A DNA stretch of 62,000 nt from Vicugna vicugna (lineage: Eukaryota): NCBI GenBank assembly GCA_013265495.1, contig MU058337.1:5684716-5746715 (forward strand). Reading direction: 5' to 3'. The first letter of the stretch is position 1, and each line of letters begins with the position of its first letter. The notes under the pieces are model-generated. The model was not told the origin of the DNA, searched no databases, and saw nothing but the letters and a program-made list of their open reading frames with translations. The translations under genes and the position numbers were made by a program. Positions 51,612 through 62,000 of this stretch are shown here, one piece after another.

Positions 51612-52483
51612 TAAATGCTGGAGAGGGTGTGAAAAAAAAAGGGGGACCCTCCTACACTATTGGTGGGAATGTAATTTGGTGCAGGCACTATGGAAAACAG
51701 TATGGAGAGTCCTCTAAAAACTAAAAGTAGAGCTACCATATAATCCAGAAATCCCACTCCTGGGCATATATCCAGAGGCAACTCTAATTCAAAAAGGTAC
51801 ATGCACCCCAATGTTCACAGCAGCACTATTTACAGCAGCCAAGACACGGAAGCAACCTAAATGTCCACCAGCAGACGATTGGATCAAGAAGATGTGGTAT
51901 AAATATACAATGGAATACTATTCAGCCATAAAAATAATAAAATAATGCCATTTGCAGCAACATGCATGGACCTAGAGATTATCATACTTAATGAAGTAAG
52001 TCAGAGAAAGACAAATATCATATGATATCACTTATATGGGGAATCTAAAAAATGACATAAATTAACTTATTTACAAAACAGAAACAAATTCACAGAGTTA
52101 GAAAACAAACTTATGGTTACTCAAGGGAAAAGTGTGGGGGAGAGATAAATTCAGAGTTTGGGATTAGCAGATACAAACCATAATATATAAAGCAGATAAA
52201 CAAGATCCTACTGCATAGTACAGGAAATTATATTCAGTACCTTGTAATAGCCTATAATAAAAAAGAATATGAAAAGAAATATATATATGTATAATCAAAT
52301 CACTATGCTGTATACCAGACTACACTATATGAAACTATAATTCAATAGGTTGTAATAACATACAGTGAAAAAGAATACATATACACATATATACATATAA
52401 CTGAATCACTATGCTGTATACCAGAAATTAACACAACATTGTAAATCAAATTTACTTCGGTAAATAAATAGAATAAAATAAGG
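51612..52483 (+). mobile_element. 5'-truncated artiodactyl L1 with duplicated 3' terminus
   Basis: ORF2 end and 3'UTR motifs; perfect flanking repeat taggggatctta at 51600-51611 and 52484-52495. Confidence 0.92.
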
Positions 52484-52569
52484 TAGGGGATCTTAGGGAG
52501 TAAAATTGGACCCTGGGGTGATATAGGAGACATATGAATTTAAAATTCTTAAATATTTTATTTGTAATA

Positions 52570-53150
52570 TTTTTGAAACAAAATTAAATTTCTCCTGCCT
52601 ATCAAACTGGCAATTAAAGATATTGACAAAACCTGTTTTGGCAAGGTATCGAGTAATAGACTTTTGTGGAAAGTTTGCAGGAAACATAAATAGATAAAAC
52701 TTTTCTAGAAATTTTTTTGTGAAATATTTGCATATTTTTACTAGCAATTCCACTTCAAGGAATTTACCTTAAGATCATAATTGCAAAAATGTGAAAAACT
52801 AGGCACAAAGGTGTTTAGCATTGTTTATAAGGATAAAAACTGGATGCAAACTAAATGGCCTTCAAAAGGAACTAATTAAGTAAAACATGGTATGAACAAC
52901 ATGATCATCTCAAACCAGCACAGGTGATTTCTAGATCTAGATTTATGGAAATGGAAAGACATCTATGACAAATTATTGAGTAATGATGTCAGTTACAGAA
53001 CATGTACAGTATACATTTATGTAAAACTGTATACATACACTTACATACACTTACATGTGTCTATAGGCACCTACGTGGCCACCACTGTGAGGCAGAATTT
53101 CTAGTGTTCTATTTTTCTGCTTTATATTAAATATTTATGACAAGTAGCAC
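52570..53150 (+). mobile_element. Old L1ME-like fragment
   Basis: 'ctatcaaactggcaa...ctagcaattccacttcaaggaatttacc'. Confidence 0.65.
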
Positions 53151-54019
53151 TTTTAAGTATAAAGCTAATTTATTATTTATAAGAGCTACCAAAACAGCAA
53201 CAATTACAGCATTTGCAACAGCTCCAGATTACACCTAGACCTTTTGCATTTCAACTACTTGGGAAAGATGCCAGTATCTCTGCATTTTATAAAATACTGT
53301 AAAGAATAACACAAAATGTACTTTGGCAAATGCCAAAAGAAAACTAACAGAATGTGTGTCATCATTTGTTCTGAATAAGATCATTCTATCTCATTCTCTT
53401 GAATGTTTTTCCAGAAATAAGAATAACACAATTGTAGGCAGGAAGCCAGAATTTTCATATCAGAAAGAGAAAAAGGAAGAATTTGCTTACCTAGGGGTGA
53501 CTTGTAGCAAAAATAAAATCAGGCCAAAATGTCACTGAATGCCTTTTAACTAGTTGAGACAGTTTAACCACCTGGGAGAAAACCGAGATCATTATCGCTT
53601 TTGTTTCTCTAATTTGTTGCTCGAGCCCTTACCTGCCCTATTTATGAGAAATTTCATTATCTCCTTCTGAAAACTTCCTCATATCTGCCATCTCAGTGCC
53701 AAGAATTCAAAGTTCAATGGCTTCATCCCTAAGGATCAGGCAAAGGAAAACCTGAGTTGTACAGGTTAAGCCCAGCACCGTCTATCTGGGGGCAAAAATG
53801 CCCGATAGATGACCATTTGGCAGTTTGGCTTCTTAGTCTGGGACATAGTTGTACCCACACCTGGACCTGAGGTTATATCACATTTAGTTCAACCACATGC
53901 TGAGCCATTTCTCCAGCATGGCATTTGGCTGGAACAGTTAGATTTAGGAAGGCCACAGGCATTTGTCTCGTGCCAAGCCTACTTCACCAATCCTGACACT
54001 TTCCCTCCCAAGTAGATCA

Positions 54020-54087
54020 AGATAGATAGATAGATACATAGATAGATAGATAGATAGACAGACAGATAGATAGACAGATATACAGAC
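54020..54087. repeat. Compound (GATA)n/(GACA)n tetranucleotide microsatellite
   Basis: Read directly. Confidence 0.93.
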
Positions 54088-54649
54088 CAATGAATGAAGA
54101 GATAAATGAGTTTGCATCTGAGTCCTACATGGTCTCTCCCCTCAACTGACTTCTGCTGCGTTGAGGCCATGTTGATTCACCAGAAAAACCTCAAGAGCAT
54201 GAAGTCTCAATAGTGAAAGTGTAGGAAATGAGTCTCAATCCCTTTCCTCTCAAGTCTACCCACCTCTTAATTCAGTAACCATCTCTGCCAACCAGGATTT
54301 CTGGAACAAAGTCTAAAAAAGCTCCTGTTAAATTCTATTGGAATCTCCCCCCGGGTAATGGACCCCTCTTCATCTAACATCTGTTATCACTAAAAGGGGC
54401 CTTTGAAGTGACTCTCTTCCCTACCCACCCAAAAGAAATGATAATCATGGAATTGTAGCCCATGACTAAGAATGCATGCAGGAGGGTGGTGGTCTGCACA
54501 TGGATCATAAAACTTGAGCTTCAGAGCAAGAATTTGTCAATTCAAAGAAAAGGGAGCAGGTTGGGAAGATTCTAGCAGTTTGGAGGAGAAAAGCAAAAAT
54601 ACGAAGAAACAGTAATCAAATGGGAAGTCTTGCATACTGATTCAGAACA

Positions 54650-54890
54650 TGGGATCTGGTATCATGCAGCCCAGCACAAATCCCAGCTCTGCACTTTGAT
54701 TTCTGCATGACCTTGAGCAAACTGCTAAACGTCTCCAGGATTCAACTTCCCCACCTGTAAAATCAGAACTAATAGCTCACTCCAAGGGGATCGCAACTAG
54801 ATTCATATAAATCCATGAAAGCATAGATCATGTGCCTGACACATACTAAGCTGTCAGTAAAGAGTAACCATTTTTATTGTTAATTATTAC
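54650..54890 (+). mobile_element. MIR SINE
   Basis: 'aatcccagctctgcac...tgaccttgagcaaactgctaaac...cacctgtaaaat'. Confidence 0.72.
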
Positions 54891-55089
54891 ATTATTATAA
54901 TATTTATTTTAAACAGAGATTTAAGGTAAGACACTTGGGATTAGAAGAGAACAAGATGCTGGGAGGAGGGCAAAGAAGAAAAGGCTGAGGAGATAAAGAC
55001 ACAGGTTTGAGGAGTTTTTATAATTTTTGGTTGATCTACACCCCAGGCCATGTAGGGGCAGGAGAGTGAACTGTTCAGTCCTGACCCGT

Positions 55090-55290
55090 TCCTGTCCAGG
55101 CTGCCTGTCCTCAACTCTCAGCTCTACCACATCCAGGTATTACTTAACCTCTCTGTGCCTCAAGTTCCACATCTATAAAAAGGCGGCTAGAAATAGTAGA
55201 TTCGCCTTATAAGGTGTTGTATGGACCAAATGAATTCATGTACATCACGTGCTTAGGACAGTACTAGCAGAGAGTGAGCTGTATGTGCAA
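55090..55290 (+). mobile_element. MIR SINE
   Basis: 'ttacttaacctctctgtgcctcaagttccacatctataaaa...gtgcttaggacagt'. Confidence 0.78.
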
Positions 55291-56289
55291 CCTTTTTATT
55301 TCCTCTTCTGACATCGCACTGCTTTCTCCAATTATTTCAAGACTTAAAAATTTAGATTCAAATATAAACACACAGGCTACACAATTTATGTGATTTATGA
55401 TTACACACCTAGTGTTGAACATGTACATTAAAAATGAAAATTTATTGAAATTATATGTAAAATATAATGCTTTTTAAAAAACACGATGCTTTAAGATTAA
55501 GTAAATAAAACCATTTGGCATTCTTTCCAAAGCATTTTTTATAAATATAAAAATACCAAAAAATATCTACACTTGGCAAAGATTGATTGACCTACAAAAG
55601 TCCTCACCAACTCTTGAGGAAAGCTGGGAATTCTAAAAGTAGAAATGATCATAGGTCTCTTGAAGAGAGGAACACTTTGAAGAAATAAAGAAAGGAGGCA
55701 GTTAATTTAAGGATAGTTAACTTGTTGAACTTGGGTGAATAGGTCAAAGTATGTTTCCAAAAAATTAGACAATATATGAATTGGAAGTTTATAACAAATT
55801 TGTCTTAGCTCAAGGGAAAAAACATTGTTTTTAGCTTTCCAGAGATGACTATCTTTATCATATATTATTTATTTTTTCTCCTGTATCTTCCTGCTTCTGG
55901 TTCTTAATTCTCAGCATACAAATTTAAATATTTCATGTGTTAAAAGTAAAACTCTCACTGGCGGGGGAGGGGGGAGCAACCTTAGAGCTCCTGTCCAAGG
56001 GGCTGGGGCCAAGGGTGGGGGTCAGTGTATGGTCCAGCAGCAGGGAGATAGTCTCTGCATCTTATGATTCTTATTAAACCTTATAAGATTGTGAAAGGCG
56101 GAATCAGCACCATGTTTACCTTCATATTCTGCACAAAGACTGCCCCTGTGCTTAGCACACAGTATGGTATCATTTTGATTACGGCTAGCTCAGCAGTTTA
56201 TGGAGCGGAAAAATGTTAGATTAAGTCAGGAGATTCCAATTCAGCATTGCCAGTAACAATACAGTATGACTTCCAGATGCTGAGAGACA

Positions 56290-58510
56290 TTGTTGACTGT
56301 CTGCTATGCAGTGGGCACAGCAGCTACAGGGGGTCCAGTAGTTAAGGGAGATGTGGTTCTTGCCTCCGTGGACCTCTAATGATGGAGATAGACTCTATAT
56401 AATGACCTCATGGTTAGTTAGTTACAATTGTGATAAGAACTATGCGAGTACATTCAGAGGGACCTAAGGGTGTTTGGAGAGATAATCCAGGGAAGGATTT
56501 TCTGAGAAATTGACATTTGAGCAGAGACTTGAAATATGAATTAGAATTAGCCAAGTGTCCTGCAAGAGAGCAGAAAAGGATGCTGCAGGGGTATGTGAAT
56601 AGCCCAGTTGGAAAGGAGCACAGTGCAGTGAAGGACTATAAAAGTTCAATGAGGTTGAGCTTAGGAAATAAAAGTGATGGAGGCTTGAGATGATTCAGGA
56701 GCAGCAGGCAAGGGGCCAGGTCGCGCAGCGGACCAACGGGAGCAATGGGAGCAGTGATGTGCCAAGAGTGGCCACAGTGAGAGTCAATTGTCCTGGGCTA
56801 GGAAGTAAGGAGTGCGTTGTCTATAGAGAATTGAAAGACAGTAGTAAAACTAAGCAGGAGCTTTAATCATCACCATGCACTAGCAATTCTGTCAATCAGT
56901 GGTATGTTAATTTTTAACAACTGGTTCTCTGGGGAAAGTAAAGATGTGTGCCTATACACACACGAAGGTATTTTAAACGTTACAGATGTTTATAAATGTT
57001 ATAAATGATACAAAGGATTGTAGCACACACTTTACAAGTAAGGATAAAGTATGCAAATACTTTTTACTACAACTTCCAAATGGTTGATGGATTCTCATGG
57101 AACGCTTTTGTTGAGTTTTGCTAAAGGCTTGTATCTGTACCCAACTGACGCTTGTAATTCAATCATGATTTCACAAGTGAAATTTCATCTCAATCTGCTC
57201 TTTTCCGAATACATTTATTATCACTAAATCTGATACGTAATCTGTTGAACTATTTCACTCTTATACAAATTAAACCCGTTAAACTAAAATCTCTTCTTGT
57301 CAGCACTAAGCACAACACATTTTTAAGTTTAAGCTGCATTATTAATTCCTCCATCACTTTCTTAAGTCTAGCAAGAAAAAAAAATCAGCAAAAACCAGCA
57401 AATCAAGCTGATTCTTGTTTGCCAGTTTTCATGATGTAAATATTCCTAAAGTTGCCACCTGCAATCTACCAATGTGACACCAACAAATGTGCGTTAGAAA
57501 GACCACACACACACAGTAGCACAGCACTGAATGCAGAAGTGGAAATGGGAAAAAGTGGACAGATTTGATAGACATTTAGCAAGTAACATCTTGGTGATTT
57601 GTTACATGCCAAGGGTGAAGGCCGAATTGGGGAAACGACTGGACCCACCACCATGACAGGGACACCTAAAGAGGAGCAAGAAGTGAGAACACACCTTCCA
57701 TTTTGGATGTGTTCCATCTGAGGTTCTTGTGACACACCCAAGTGGAGAAGTAGAATAGGAAACTACACACATGGGTTTGGAGCACAGAGAAGTAAGGATC
57801 AGAATTGTAAAAAGTGGGCCATATTCATTGAAACGCTGGCAGTGTGTTAAATCATGCAGGGAAAAATTATGGCTTGAGAGGAAAGGGGCCAACGCCTTTA
57901 AAATATATCATGTGGAGGTTATCAAGAAGCAGATAAGCAACCCAAGGAGATGGGAAAAACGAGGGAGCAGAGTATCACTATCATCATAAGTGTTTTAAGG
58001 AGAAAGAATGAATTTTGCTAAGAGATCGGGTAAAGTGAAGGAGAGTGTCCTTTGTATTTAGTGCTTGTGAATGTTGTTGGAGACTATAGCCAAGGCAGTT
58101 TCAGTGAAATGCGGAAACCAAGAAGTGAATGCGAGTTGGGAGACTAGAAAAGTGTGGTCAGACAGCCTTCCAAGAATTTCAGCTATGGAGAGCAGGAGCG
58201 AGGCTGGGTGGCAGCTGGAAGGGTACATGGAGGAGATAAAGACATGGGGCTGATGAAATGCTGATGATACGGATCCAAGCAAGAGAGAGATACTGAGCTT
58301 AGATCGGACACTTTTGATACTGGGGGGAAAGGCGGGAGAGGGGTTGGGTTTGGAATCCGTGCTTTTAGAATTAGCTTTGTAGTTCTGGCTGAGGAAAGTC
58401 GAAAAAGTTTGCCTTTTTCTTGAAGCAAGACAGAGTCATCTACTGAGAATGGCCAGAGGAGCAGTAATGCGGTTGGGAGTGGAAGTTTAGGACAAAATGA
58501 CTTGGTAAAT
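56290..58510 (-). mobile_element. Long decayed L2 LINE, interrupted by a MER63-like element
   Basis: L2 motifs 'gggaaggattttctgagaaattgacatttgagcagagacttgaa', 'gacacacccaagtggaga', 'gcagtttcagtg'. Confidence 0.72.
56897..57525. mobile_element. MER63-like hAT element (partial)
   Basis: Starts cagtggtatg...ttaacaactggttctc, matching the 31739 element end; 'aaatcaagctgatt...gtaaatattcc'. Confidence 0.65.
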
Positions 58511-58759
58511 GGAGGATGGATGGCAGATCCGGCCAGGTGAAGGACCACAATAGGGATCGTGGGTCAGCAGGTGAATGAAGACCAGGGCCGTGGAACTAGA
58601 TCTGTTGAAAACAAAAGCAGGAGCAGCAGAGCCTTGGACGGAAGAGCGCAGTTTCAGTTCTTTCCTGAAAGGCAGAAAGTGGAAACACATTTGAAACAAC
58701 TCCTCCCAGACAGGAGGAAGTCTAGAGTGCTGGTCGTTCCTGTCCAGCTCCTCTTCCTG

Positions 58760-59940
58760 CAGGGACGCTGCGGCCCCTCCGCCGAGCGCGGCCGGCAGCG
58801 CGCGCAGCGCGACACAGGCCAGGTTAGGCGAGGAGCAGCGAGAGGGAGTCCCGCCCGCGCGGCCCGCCTCCCGGAGCCAGACTGGGGCCGCCCCTTCCCG
58901 CCCCGGCCCCACCCGGGTTCTGCGCCTAGAACTCCGCTTCCTTCTCCCCGGCCGACTCCGTCTGTCCCTGCGGCTCCCTCTCCGCGACTAGCGCCCTCTG
59001 GCCTGACGTCATTGGCGCGCCCACCAATGAGCTGAAGAGGGAAGGCGGTGGGGTGAAAATGACGGCAGAAGCAGCCAATGGCTGCGAGGAGAGGGCGGGC
59101 CGAGGCGGGAATGTGAGTGAGAGCCCGCGCGTGGGGAGCTGCGGGCGGTGCGGGCCTCGCGCGGCGCGGGAGGGAAAACCTCCCCGTGCCCAGCTCCGGG
59201 CGGGCGCCGAGAGCAGGCGGAGTTTCCGCGCCCGTGAGGGAGATGCGGCCGCCGCTCGGGCTCCTTGCAGGTAACACGCGGGGCCGCCCCCGCAGGGCCG
59301 AGTGCGGCCGAGTGCGTGGCGGGGCGAGCGGAGTTAGGTGCGGAGCGGACGCGGTGTCCCTACTGCCGCCGCGCCCCGAGTCCTGCGGCCCGGCCCGAGC
59401 CCGGCGGCGGAGCTGCTGGAGGAGTTGGCTTCGGGACCCGGGCTGCGGCCGGGGCCGGGGCGACGGGGGATGCGAGCCTCATCGCGGTGCGCCCAGTGTA
59501 AACAGCATGCGGGACAAAGGGCACGGCGTGGAGGGTGCCCGCTCCGCCTGCCCGCGCCCCTGCCCGCTCCGGCAGCGCGGGCGCTCCGTCGACCCCAAGG
59601 CTCACGGGCGTCTCTGGCGCGTCCCCAGAGCGGACACCTGGCCGCGGGGCCCCGCGCCACCCCGCGCCTGGCCGCCAGCTGGCCGCAGCGCGAGCGATGG
59701 CTGGTTGCAGCCAGGCGGCTTGGCTGCCTGCCCTGGGTTAAAGGCGGCTCCCCTGCAGCGTCGCGCAGTGCCAGCCACTCCGCGCTGGCCGTCGAGCCGA
59801 GCGGCGGGAGAGCGGCGTGCCCTGGATCGGGGCGTCCGGGGCCACGGAGGTGCCACTTCCCTGCGCGGGCTCTTGAGTTTGGGGAAGCCGAGCAGGCGGC
59901 GTCACCGCCGCCTCACCTCCTGCGAACTCCACGGGGCTTC
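58760..59940 (+). promoter_or_regulatory. CpG-island promoter of an unidentified gene
   Basis: Very GC- and CpG-dense ~1.2 kb; GC boxes ~58850-58910, CRE TGACGTCA 59004-59011, ATTGG 59011-59015, CCAAT 59024-59028 and 59075-59079. Confidence 0.93.
59100..59270 (+). other. Probable first exon (5'UTR or short coding start) ending at donor CAG|GTAACA
   Basis: Lies just downstream of the CCAAT/CRE cluster; donor-like site at 59270/59271; ATG at 59243 (MRPPLGLLA, phase 1) may or may not be used; start approximate. Confidence 0.5.
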
Positions 59941-61619
59941 TGGTGGTGTTGCTGTTGTGACTGTAGACTGTGTGTATTTTCTTCTTTTTTTAACCACACA
60001 CAAAAGAAAGGAGGAGTTAGAGGAAAGATCTAGCCAGAGCATTGTGAATCATCCTACACTGCTCTTTCTCTCGGAGAGCAGATGGATGGGGAGAATTTCT
60101 TGAGAAACAATTAACAGTAAGAACGGACTGGATCTCCTCCCTGTCTCCTCTCCCTGCAGTGCTGAACGTGCCTGGCGCGTCCCAGATTGGGACGGGTGTG
60201 TGGATGGGGTGGGGTGGTAAAGTGATACTGGCTGACTTACATGGGAAAATGGCTACAAGCTAGCAAGCTGGAAACTTTCTGGGACAGTGAAACTGCATGT
60301 CCAACCACTGCACGCATTCTTGCTATAGGCAGGCATAGCCCTCGTGTGTTACTCTTGTGAAGGCAGTCACAAAAGGAAGATACTCGGAGTAGCATTTTGT
60401 CCAGCGCTGCGTGGTGCAGGGCGGTAGGGATGACAGTCTTCGGTGCCTTAAGGGCCCCAAGGAAGGAGCAGCCAGCTCAGGTCTCCAGATGCTGGGTCAG
60501 AAACCATCATGGCCTTTATTCTGATTTCTGGAGGCACAGTCTCATCCCAGCCTGGCAGAGGGCAGCTCGCAGGTGGATGGATTGTCACCGATGAGGTAGA
60601 AAGGCCGGCTTGAGGCCATAAGGCCCTTAAACGCCCAAAGAAGAATATTCTTCAGTAGGTGGGTTGCTGCTGATGGCTGATTTTCCCAGGGATCATTTAG
60701 GTTTGATCTGCCAGCCCCTTTACTGCAGTCCAGGCTGCTCTGTCAGCCGTCAGTGGGTCCCCTGGGTTCACAGCTCAGTGACTGTGTTTGCTTGCTTTTG
60801 GGGGAGGGCATGGGATCCCTGTTTGAGGTCTTTTTTCACCTCTTTATTGATTAGTTTGTTTTAACCCCCTGAAAATAGAGGCTTGATATAAGAAGTCTGA
60901 GAAATTGAGAATAAAGAGACCTCTGCTTCGTTCCAGATTCATTTCCTCCTCAGCGCAGTTAGTTCTCAATGCAGTGCGAAATTGGCACAAGAGTCAGGGG
61001 TCAGAACAGCACCAACTTTGGCACTGGTAAAACTGGCTGGAGCACTACTTGGCCTGAGCCTCAGGCCGTGTTGCTCCCTTCTTAGTCCTCAGACAGCCTT
61101 GCTATCCAGTTGTGGTCCAGGAGTCTGGGTTCCCAGGCAGAACATCTCCTGGAGAAGAGGAACAGGGCAATGCCACCAAGGGACCATCCAGAGAGAAACA
61201 GAACGTGTGTCTTCCTGTTTAATGGCCTGGATACAAAAAGAACAGAGGGGACCCATCTCCCCTCATGGACCACCTCATGCTGCAGTTTCTTTTACTTGAG
61301 TGATCATTGCAGGAAAAAAGGCCATTTGTTGTTGGAGGAAGGAGTTGGGAACAGGAACAGCGTGTGTGGCTGGGGGTTTATGCAGGACATACAGACACCT
61401 GGCCAGGGAAGCAGTGCTCTAGGTCTGCCCCAAAGAAGGGTGCCTTTTCTCAACTGTATCAGGTCACAGGATGGGCTACTGCTGGCCTAGGTTGAGAAAG
61501 CCATCTACAGGAATGAAGAGTTAATGGCGACATCGGTCATCCCAAGACAGGAGGTCAGGGCCTAGGTACCAGGAACTCATCTCCCCAAAATAACAGTGAT
61601 GGGGACTAATTGTTTCCAT

Positions 61620-61760
61620 ATGTTCTCTCATTTAAACCTTACCACAGCCTCCTGGAGTCAGCAGTGGTACCCTACTGTGCTGATGAGGAACTGATTCTAG
61701 GAAGACTGGGTAGCTCAGGGTCATGCAGGTAGCAAGCCTGTGCTCTTAACCACTGGGCTG
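61620..61760 (-). mobile_element. MIR SINE
   Basis: 'tctcatttaaaccttaccacagcc...gatgaggaactga...gctcttaaccactgggct'. Confidence 0.7.
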
Positions 61761-62000
61761 GCCTGGGAACTTTGCATAGGTTCCTAACACGTGCAGCTTC
61801 ATTGCATTTGCTGATCCACAGTATTTTCTGAATTTCCTACCTACTCATTAACCATAATGCCTTAATGAGAAGGGCATACATGAGTATTCTCAGGGGCAGA
61901 AAAGAAATGGGAGCCTTGGAGACAGCAGGGAAGCTGCCATGGGGAGGTGAGGGCCAGCCAGAATGGGGAACGGGGGCAGACTGTAGGTTCCCTGAGATGC

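Noticed and set aside
58760..59940. Assigning a gene symbol to the promoter
   Set aside because: No coding sequence that I recognise lies in the window, so any name would be a guess
58487..60103. Multiple long overlapping ORFs (up to 328 aa) on both strands
   Set aside because: Stop-codon depletion in a CpG island; Arg/Gly/Ala/Pro-rich translations with no recognisable protein

Overview
Mammalian (eutherian) genomic DNA, very probably camelid (alpaca/llama/camel), judged from four tRNA-derived Vic-type SINEs and the absence of recognisable Alu, B1, Bov-tA or PRE-1 SINEs. The window is intergenic or intronic and heavily interspersed-repeat derived: L1, L2, MIR, MaLR (MLT1) LTRs, ERV1-type solo LTRs and hAT DNA-transposon fossils, often nested, several with readable target-site duplications (TSDs). 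I cannot support any intact protein-coding exon. The only protein homology I recognise is a broken L1 ORF2 C-terminus. The main non-repeat features are (i) a strong CpG-island promoter at ~58.8-59.9 kb with CRE, CCAAT, GC-box and CTCF-like motifs and a probable + strand first exon of a gene I cannot name, and (ii) a smaller orphan CpG island at ~10.9-11.6 kb. I found no convincing novel biological system. The best leads are regulatory or non-coding and are inferential. Repeat subfamily names come from memory of consensus sequences, and boundaries without TSDs are approximate.
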